From assembly GCA_965218795.1 (NCBI GenBank), contig OZ244653.1:3456001-3520000 (forward strand): a stretch of 64,000 nt of DNA. The letters are read 5' to 3'. Below are positions 33,772-41,171 of the stretch, piece after piece. A program made the position numbers and the translations under genes. The DNA comes from a bacterium (GTDB lineage: Bacteria > UBA8248 > JACPRG01 > G963555815). A model generated the notes under the pieces. That model did no database searches and was not told where the DNA came from. It saw only the letters and a list, made by a program, of their open reading frames with translations. How positions within the stretch are numbered: position 1 is the stretch's first letter; every line of letters begins with the position of its first letter.

Positions 33772-33789
33772 GCGTCAGATTCGGACGTA
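33771..33789. promoter_or_regulatory. Candidate WYL-regulator operator
   Basis: TGCGTC-N7-GACGTA pseudo-palindrome. On the minus strand it is followed by TATCTT (-10-like) and an ATG at 33750. Confidence 0.5.
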
Positions 33790-33823
33790 CTCAGGCGTAC
33801 TCACGAATATTTTTTTTGATCAG

Positions 33824-33994
33824 CAATGCGAGCCGGGCTCGGTCCGCGTATCGGCGTGATCTTCGACGGATTAAAGGGTTTGATTGTACGATGAGGAGGC
33901 GGCCCCATGGGGCCGCCTCCTCATCGTGAAACAAAAGTTTTCCTGGGGGTCCAGGGGGGCGGCTTTCAAAAAGCGCCCCCTGGATACTTGTCCT
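33824..33994 (+). repeat. Palindromic repeat element, copy A (contains perfect 40-bp palindrome 33888-33927)
   Basis: Hairpin + GAAACAAAAGTTTT + G/C-rich hairpin; deleted twin at 35012-35119. Confidence 0.9.
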
Positions 33995-33996
33995 GT

Positions 33997-34096
33997 GGTA
34001 TTGCGGCGCTCGAATGAGTCGAAGGACGGCAAAGTCGCGCTCCCGCGCTGCTCGGAATGTATTCGTCGGGAAATGGATTTCTGCTTGCGCAGGAAT
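33997..34096 (+). repeat. ~100-bp direct repeat, copy 2
   Basis: Matches 29844-29943. Confidence 0.92.
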
Positions 34097-34180
34097 GACA
34101 GAACAGGACCATGCAGACCGCGGCCTGGATTGGCGGCCCTGCCGAATCGTGTCTTTGGCCCGGCCTTGTTTCCGCATTTC

Positions 34181-34209
34181 TTGACATCCCCCGGGCCAGG
34201 GCTAAAAAT
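34181..34209 (+). promoter_or_regulatory. sigma70-type promoter for tRNA-Arg/tadA
   Basis: Perfect TTGACA, then TAAAAAT 16-17 bp later, ~40 bp before the tRNA. Confidence 0.6.
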
Positions 34210-34248
34210 AAATCCGCGTAATCACAGAAGATGGAAACTTTGAAACGC

Positions 34249-34325
34249 GCGCCCTTAGCTCAATTGGATAGAGCGTCGGACTACGGATCCGAAGGTTGGG
34301 GGTTCGACTCCCTCAGGGCGTGCCA
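34249..34325 (+). tRNA. tRNA-Arg(ACG)
   Basis: Anticodon arm TCGGA-CTACGGA-TCCGA, GGTTCGACTCC, CCA. Confidence 0.96.
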
Positions 34326-34333
34326 TTTTTGTT

Positions 34334-34831
34334 TTGGGACCCGATTTTCCAGTGCCTGAGCGCGATTCGGGCTGGATGCGCCGGGCCTTGGAGCTTGCCT
34401 GGGAGGCGGCCCGCGAAGAGGAAGTCCCGGTTGGGGCGGTCGTTGTTCTGGGCGATCGGGTCATCGCCGAAGGCCGGAACGAGGTCGAGGCGAGGGGAGA
34501 CCCGACCGCCCACGCCGAGTTTTTGGCCATCCAGCGGGCAGTAACGGAAACGGGGTATTCCCGCCTCGCGGGCGCGACGCTGTATTCGACGCTCGAGCCG
34601 TGCGCCATGTGCGCCGGGGCGGTCCTGCTGGCGCGGGTTTCCCGGCTGATCTTCGGCGCGCGGGATGAGAAGGGCGGCTGTTGCGGCAGTCTCTACGACC
34701 TTTTGACCGACGGGCGGTTCAACCACCGGGTCGAGGTTCAGGGGGGGCTGCTGGCCGATGAATCCGCCCGGCTGCTGCGGGACTTTTTCCGGCCGCGGCG
34801 AAAATCGGCTGGAAGCGGGAACGGGGGCTGA
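34334..34831 (+). CDS. tadA: tRNA-specific adenosine-34 deaminase
   Basis: EVPVGAV, HAE, TLEPCAMC and FFRPRR motifs. Confidence 0.95.
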   Translation: MGPDFPVPERDSGWMRRALELAWEAAREEEVPVGAVVVLGDRVIAEGRNEVEARGDPTAHAEFLAIQRAVTETGYSRLAGATLYSTLEPCAMCAGAVLLARVSRLIFGARDEKGGCCGSLYDLLTDGRFNHRVEVQGGLLADESARLLRDFFRPRRKSAGSGNGG

Positions 34832-34876
34832 CCATCGGTTCAAAGGCCCGGCCCAGGGGCATTGAGAGCGCTCGCC

Positions 34877-34966
34877 GGAGAGATGGCCGAGTGGTTGAAG
34901 GCGGTAGACTCGAAATCTACTGTACGGGCAACCGTACCGGGGGTTCGAATCCCTCTCTCTCCGCCA
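34877..34966 (+). tRNA. tRNA-Ser(CGA)
   Basis: Anticodon arm GTAGA-CTCGAAA-TCTAC, long variable arm, CCA. Confidence 0.96.
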
Positions 34967-35011
34967 AAGAATATATTGAGAAAAAGGATTTATCGTTGGG
35001 CGCACACGCCT

Positions 35012-35119
35012 CAATGCGAGCCGGGCTCGGTCCGCGCGTATCGGCGTGAGCTTCGACGGAGGGTTTGATTGTACGATGAGGGGGCGGCTTTCAAAAAGCG
35101 CCCCCTGGATACTTGTCCT
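35012..35119 (+). repeat. Palindromic repeat element, copy B (internal deletion of copy A)
   Basis: Same ends as 33824-33994; GATGAGG is joined directly to GGGCGGCTTTCAAAAAG. Confidence 0.9.
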
Positions 35120-35143
35120 TGAGAGTTCGCCGGATCCGGTTCG

Positions 35144-36817
35144 TCACGTCCTTCCTCTCCGGTGGGCGTTTTCGGCATCTTGGCTCGGATCGTGCGCGTA
35201 ATCCCGAAGGGCGCCCTCTTGTGAGACCAGTCCCTCCCGAAGGTCTTTCCGAACCGCCTCCGGCGGGCGGTCGCCGGGGGGAAGGTATCCTCCGCCTCCG
35301 GAAGTGACGAGCAGGAACTCATCGCCCGGTTGCAGGATGTATCTGCTTTTCGGATGAGGCCTGACGGAATCGTTGATGATGATTTCGGTTCGGGACCCGG
35401 GTTGGGCTCCCAACATCCCTTCGGCGGGATGATGAACCCTTTCGTAAAGACAGGACAGGCGGACGGGATGCTGCCCCCTAACGCAGCCGCCAACGCGCTG
35501 ACCCAGTCCTCCGCGATATCGTCCGGGGCCGCCGGAATCCACCGCGAGAGATTTTTCCGTGAACAGGATGGGGATTTCCTGCTCTGCAATCTCGATGGGG
35601 GTGTTGGCAACGTTTCCGGGAAACGAGACGGTCGCCTCGCCGTCTTTTCCGAGACGGGCGCCCCATCCGCCGCAGAGGAAACCGAGATAAGAAAATCTCT
35701 CTCCCCACCGGTTGATTCCATCCAGCTGCAGGTCCGAAAGAATCGAGCTGTCCGCCACCACGCGCTCCGCAGCCACGGATGCCAGACACCCGAAGACGGC
35801 CGAAGAGACGAAATAGCCGGTGAGATGCCGCGCCGAAACGGCGGCCGGATAGCTGGCGTTCAACAGGGACCCCTCCGGCGCCTTGAGGCGGACGTGCTGA
35901 AAGGCGCCCGCGTTATTCGGCAGCCCGGGAAACAGTGCGCACTTGATCGAATAGAACGTGTACGCGTATGTGTATGCAAAAGGGACGTTGATCCCCCGGG
36001 GCACCTGCGGGGACGTTCCCTCGTAGTCTACTTCGACTTCTTCCTTCTCTACTGTCACCGCAGCCTGGATGGTCAACGGCTCGTCGAACCCATCGATCCG
36101 GAGGGAATGGGTGTACCGGCCCCGGGGAATCCGCGAGATGGATTCACGGGCGGCATGGGCGGTCCGTGAAAAGATTTCATCCGAAACCTCGGACAGATCC
36201 TTGATGGCGAACTCCTTCACGAATGCGATGAGCTTTTCTCCGCAGACCGCATTGGATGCCGCCAGCGCCCGGATATCCCCCAGGACGGCGCGAGGGACCC
36301 TGGTGTTCTCTCTCAGGATCTCGAATAGATCTTCGTTGGGCCGGCCGGCGCGGTAGAGCTTCAGGATGGGAACGGCCAGGCCCTCCTCGAATACTTCCCG
36401 CGCATCGGCCGAGAACACGTTCCCGCCGATGTCCACGACGTGGCCGGTGCTCCCGGAATAGCCGAGGATCTCATTTCTGTGGAAGACCGGCGTCACCACG
36501 GTCATGTCGTGCTTGTGCCCGGTTGCTTTCCAGGGATCGTTCGTGATGAGAACGTCTCCCGGCTCCAGCGTTTCGGGCGGAAACCGCTTCAGGAAATGAC
36601 CGACGGCCAAGGCCAGGGTGTTGATATGACCCGGCGTTCCGGTATCCGCCTGGACAATCATCCGGCCCCGCCGGTCGAAGACGGCGCAGGATAGGTCTTC
36701 CGCTTCACGAAGCACCGGGGAGAAGGCCGATCGGACCAAAGCGCGGGCCTGGTCGTTGGCCATGGATATCAGCCTCGTCCACAAAAGCTCCAAACGGATG
36801 GCATCCGAAACGGTCAT
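35144..36817 (-). CDS. Hydantoinase B / oxoprolinase family protein
   Basis: SAFSPVLREAEDLS, TNDPW..TGHKHD, HVVDIGG, DSGGPGRYRGGLG, GGGGY. Confidence 0.92.
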   Translation of the reverse strand: MTVSDAIRLELLWTRLISMANDQARALVRSAFSPVLREAEDLSCAVFDRRGRMIVQADTGTPGHINTLALAVGHFLKRFPPETLEPGDVLITNDPWKATGHKHDMTVVTPVFHRNEILGYSGSTGHVVDIGGNVFSADAREVFEEGLAVPILKLYRAGRPNEDLFEILRENTRVPRAVLGDIRALAASNAVCGEKLIAFVKEFAIKDLSEVSDEIFSRTAHAARESISRIPRGRYTHSLRIDGFDEPLTIQAAVTVEKEEVEVDYEGTSPQVPRGINVPFAYTYAYTFYSIKCALFPGLPNNAGAFQHVRLKAPEGSLLNASYPAAVSARHLTGYFVSSAVFGCLASVAAERVVADSSILSDLQLDGINRWGERFSYLGFLCGGWGARLGKDGEATVSFPGNVANTPIEIAEQEIPILFTEKSLAVDSGGPGRYRGGLGQRVGGCVRGQHPVRLSCLYERVHHPAEGMLGAQPGSRTEIIINDSVRPHPKSRYILQPGDEFLLVTSGGGGYLPPGDRPPEAVRKDLREGLVSQEGALRDYAHDPSQDAENAHRRGRT

Positions 36818-36873
36818 CCGACTCTCTCGTTCAAGCGAAGGGAACCCTCGGCGTCCCAGCCAATTGCGGGACG

Positions 36874-38957
36874 CTAACCAAGGGTGACGACAACGTTCAT
36901 GGCAGGGTCGATCTCGATTTCCGAACGATCCCCGATGGTGATTGTAGATTCCCGTTCCTCGATGATGGCCGGGCCCTTGAAGCGATTCCCGGGAAGGAGG
37001 CGGTATTGGTCGTAGATCGGGCAGGATTGGAAGCCCGTCTCTTCCCCGAGAAAGGCATCGCGCGCCTCCTTGGACGCTTCGGGAAGGGGCGCGGCGGCGG
37101 CGGTTTCCGGAAGCGTGCGCTTTGGGATATCCTCCGCGCGGCCCGTTACCCTCACCCGCCAGGTCAGGACCTCGACTTCGCAGTCCTCGTTGGCCACGTG
37201 GTAGATGCGCGTGTACTCCCGTTCATAGCGGTCGCGCAGGTTCTCCGGATCCAGCAGATCCGCCGGGTTCTCCGGAAGCTCTACGGTGATCTCATGGCCC
37301 TGACCGACATAGCGCATGTCGGCCGTGTGCCGGACGGTCGCGGCCTTTGAAACAACTCCCTGGCGGGCCACAGGGTTCGAATGGCCTCCTCCGTCATTTC
37401 CTCCAACAGAGCCCTGATCGCGGCTTCATCGAATTCCGTCAATCGTATCGGGTACGTACGGACCAGATCAAAGGCGGGGGGCGCCACGAGAAACCCCAGA
37501 GCCGAGAGCACCCCAGAAGACGCGGGAAACGCCACGCGGGCGAGCCCCAGGCTGCGCGCCAAACCGTGGGCATGCACCGGACCCGCGCCCCCGAAAGCAA
37601 TCATCGTGAGCCCGTTGAGCGTCCACCCTCTCTCGGTTCCATGAAGCCGTGCGGCTCCCGCCATGTGTTCATTGACGATTTGGTGAATTCCCCATGCGGC
37701 CTCCTCGGTGGTCAGGCCAAGGGGCCGGGCGACCCATTCATTGATGGCGCGTTGCGCCTTATCGGGAAACAGATGGAGCCTGCCGCCGAGAAAAAAATCC
37801 GGATTCAGATATCCCAAGACCAGATCGGCGTCCGTCACGGTGGGTTCAATTCCCCCTCGCCCATAGCAGGCCGGCCCGGGGTCCGCGCCCGCGCTGTCCG
37901 GACCGACTTTCAGCAGGCCCATGGAATCCGTCCGGGCGATGCTGCCGCCTCCCGCCCCCACCTCCACAAGATCGATGACCGGAATGCGGATCGGGAGCCC
38001 GCTGCCCTTTTTGTGGCGGTAGGTTCGCGCCACTTCGAACTCATTCGTCCGGAGCGGCTCGCCATCTCCGATGAGACACAGCTTCGCCGCCGTCCCGCCC
38101 ATGTCGAAAGAAAGGGTTTTGTCCCATTCCAGCGAGCGCGCGATCTGCGCCGCTCCGAAGGCCCCGGCTGCCGGTCCGGATTCCACCACGCGAATGGGAT
38201 ATTTCTCGGCCGTGTTCACCGATGTAATTCCCCCGCTCGACAGCATCACCGCCATCGGATTGCGGACCCCCCGGATTCGAATCTCTTCTCCCAACCGCGA
38301 AAGATAGTTTTTCAGCACAGGACGGGCATAAGCGTTGGCGGCTGTGGTCGAGACCCTTTCGAATTCGCGGATCTCAGGAAGGACATCCGAGGAGAGGGAA
38401 ACGAAGAGTTCCGGTTCCGATTCTCCGATGCGGCCGACCGCACGTTCGTGAAGCGGGTTTCGGTACGCGTGCAGGAAGCAAACCGCAAGACTTTCGATCC
38501 CCTCCTTCCGAAATTCGGCCAGGGCCCTGCCGACTTCTCCCTCGTCGAGGGGCACGACAATCTCCCCTTTTTCGTCGATGCGCTCGGACACTTCTCTTCG
38601 CAGCGCGCGGGGAATCAGGGGTTTTGGCATTTCAAGGAAGAGATCGTACATGTCGAACCGGCGCTCGCGGCCGATTGCGAGGAGGTCCCTGAAACCGCGC
38701 GTTGTCAGCAGGGCCGTCTTTGCGCCCTTCCGTTCGATGAGGAGGTTCGCCACAAGGGTTGTTCCGTGAATGGCGGTCGAAACCAGGGAGGATTCAACGT
38801 TGGCGGCCTCCAGGACTTCGTCCACTCCCGCAACCGCTCCCTGGACGGGATCCTCAGGCGTCGTCAAGGTTTTCCATATGTGGACGCCGCCGGTCTCATC
38901 GTCGCGCAGGACGATGTCGGTAAAGGTGCCCCCTATGTCGATTCCCATCCTGAACAT
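36874..38957 (-). pseudogene. Hydantoinase A / oxoprolinase family protein, frameshifted near 37372
   Basis: ORF 37281..38957 (GIDIGGTFTD, ESGPAAG, DMGGT, GAGGGS) continues in ORF 36874..37371 (ADMRYVGQGHEI, GPAIIEERES). Confidence 0.88.
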
Positions 38958-38990
38958 GGGCTTTCCTTGAGCCCCCTTCCGCTTTCCCGC

Positions 38991-40115
38991 TTAGGGCAGG
39001 GCGGACAGAAAGGCTTCCACCTCATTGAGGGTGTTATAGCAATGGGGCGAGACCCGGACGTGGTCCAACCGTGTCATGACGTGGATATCGGCCGCTTCCA
39101 GCGCCCCGCCAATTTCTTTGGTCGAAATCTCCGGATGCCGGAAACAGATGATGCCCGACCATCCCCCGGGCTCCCGCGGGCTGATCGAAGCATACCCCCT
39201 CCCTTCCAGCCCTTCGGCGATGCGGTCCGTCAGGATTTTCACCTGCTCCGTCACGGCCGGAAGACCGATTTCCAGCAGGAGCTGAACGGCCGCATCGAAC
39301 CCGATGATTCCCGTAAGGTTTTCGGACCCTCCTTCGAATCGCTTGGCGGTCGGAAGGGGGGTCAGATCGTATTGGAGGGGATCCGGGTGCCGGCGGACGC
39401 TCTTCCACCCAATCTGGCGGAGTTTCAGCCTGTCCAGAAGGTCCCTCCGGCAATAGAATCCTGACGTTCCATGCAGCCCCAACAACCATTTGTGGCCGCT
39501 ACAACTCAAGAAATCGATGCATTGCCTGCGGACATCCACCTCCAGAACCCCAAGTCCCTGGATGGCGTCCACGCAAAAATAGATTCCCCGCTCTCGGCAG
39601 AGGCGGCCGATGGCCTCGAGATCGTTCCGCCAGCCATTGAAGAACTCCACGAAACTCAACGCCACTACGCGTGTCCGCTCATCCAGCCTGCGTTCGATGT
39701 CCTCGGGCGTGATTCGCCCATCTCGCGCCGGAACAAATCGCGTTTCCACCCCCTGACTTTCAAGGTTCAGCCATTGAAGCGCATTGCTTGGAAACTCGAG
39801 CTCGGCAGAAACCACGTTATCGCCTTGCGACCATTCGAGCCCCTGCGCAACGGCCGCAATTCCTTCCGTTGTGTTCTTCAGAAAGGCGATCTCTTCGGGA
39901 TCCCCGCCGATCATCCGGGCACAATGTGCTTTGGCTTCGGTTTCGATGCGTTCCTCCCAGCGCGCATACGCCCGATTTCCCCCTTCGACCATCTCGGCAA
40001 GAAAGGTCTGGATTGACTCCCGTACCCGGAGAGATGGCGGGGCCACTGATGCGTGGTTGAGGTAGATCAGCTTGCGGGTGATCGGAAAAAGCTTCCGAAT
40101 CTCGTCCAGTGTCAT
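38991..40115 (-). CDS. Class-V PLP-dependent enzyme (aminotransferase V / C-S lyase-like)
   Basis: YLNHAS, DAIQGLG, SGHKWLLG (PLP lysine), RVSPHCYN; no IscS/SufS catalytic-Cys loop. Confidence 0.88.
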   Translation of the reverse strand: MTLDEIRKLFPITRKLIYLNHASVAPPSLRVRESIQTFLAEMVEGGNRAYARWEERIETEAKAHCARMIGGDPEEIAFLKNTTEGIAAVAQGLEWSQGDNVVSAELEFPSNALQWLNLESQGVETRFVPARDGRITPEDIERRLDERTRVVALSFVEFFNGWRNDLEAIGRLCRERGIYFCVDAIQGLGVLEVDVRRQCIDFLSCSGHKWLLGLHGTSGFYCRRDLLDRLKLRQIGWKSVRRHPDPLQYDLTPLPTAKRFEGGSENLTGIIGFDAAVQLLLEIGLPAVTEQVKILTDRIAEGLEGRGYASISPREPGGWSGIICFRHPEISTKEIGGALEAADIHVMTRLDHVRVSPHCYNTLNEVEAFLSALP

Positions 40116-40650
40116 GAAGCGTCCGCCTATTTTCCCAAGGATGGAGACACGCTACCGCCTGGCTTTCCAATCGACTTGCCCCCTGTCCCGAAGGGCCAAA
40201 AGCGCTTGATTTGCCTGGTCCTGATCCACAGGGGCACATTTTGTTGGCCGGGGGACCGGGGGATCTCCGTCTCCGTGACCCAATGAAGTTGTAACACGGT
40301 TTCAGGGCTTCCTGGTGTTACCTCCATAAATTTTGCGCAGAAATCAAAGTTGCTCAAAAGGCTTGCATTTTCTGGATTTTTCCTTATTTCGAATTGATTT
40401 TCATGATCCGAGAGGAATTCCCTTTTCTGTTGACCATCCTTGCGATTCGTTGGCCGACGCTCGAAATTAGTGATAAATTGTCGAGTCTGATAAACACCTC
40501 GGCAACCGGTGACTGCTAAGAATTCAACTCGAAAAATGGAGTGGTTCCGGCAGACCTCGAGCCAGGTTGTTTTGTGGGGCGTGATTCAAGGGTTGACCGG
40601 AGCACAGCCGAATAAAGCGCCTCTGTTCGCATGGATGCAGAAATTGCTTC

Positions 40651-40742
40651 GGAGAGATGACCGAGCGGCTGAAGGTGCACGACTGGAAATCGTGTAGGGG
40701 GGGAAACCTCCCTCGAGGGTTCGAATCCCTCTCTCTCCGCCA
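40651..40742 (+). tRNA. tRNA-Ser(GGA)
   Basis: Anticodon arm CACGA-CTGGAAA-TCGTG, long variable arm, CCA. Confidence 0.96.
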
Positions 40743-40751
40743 AAAATTCAA

Positions 40752-41029
40752 GTGGGTCGTGCTAGGCGGGGCGTTAGCGGTGCCCTGTCGCCCGAAATCC
40801 GCTACATGCGGGGCTGAATTCCCCACAGCGGCCGGGCCGCACGGTTGGATGTCTCCCGGACGGGAGGCGTTGAGGGCTGGGTCTTGTGCGACGGGCGCCT
40901 GTGAACCCCGTCAGGTCCGGAAGGAAGCAGCGGTAAGCAACGTGTCCCGTGTGCCGCAGGGCTGCCTGGCCTGAGCCGATCGTCCTGGACGCCGCCGGAC
41001 GGGGCGGTCAATGTGGGGTGCACGACCAC
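40752..41029 (+). ncRNA. ffs: Large (Alu-domain-containing) bacterial SRP RNA
   Basis: 5' CGTGCTAGGCGGGG..TAGCGGTGCCCTGT..AATCCGCT resembles B. subtilis scRNA. Helix 8 TCAGGTCCGGAAGGAAGCAGC; closing stem GGTCGTGC/GCACGACC; upstream of dnaX. Confidence 0.93.
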
Positions 41030-41171
41030 GATTTGATTCATCCGGACGGACGCCGGGCCCGCCGGCCGTCCTTCCGGAAAATCCCGGGGTCGATGGGAAA
41101 ATCCGGCGGATTCCTCCCCTTTGCCCCCGGCGAACAGCCGCCCCCTTCTTCCGGAAAAGGCGCCCCGCCTC

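Noticed and set aside
40127-40357. 76-aa ORF upstream of the PLP enzyme
   Set aside because: No recognisable motif or SD-start pairing; cannot be supported.
28660-40650. Integrative element bounded by tRNA 3'-end att duplications
   Set aside because: Both repeats are parts of complete tRNAs, the interval holds core tadA and tRNA-Arg, and there is no integrase.
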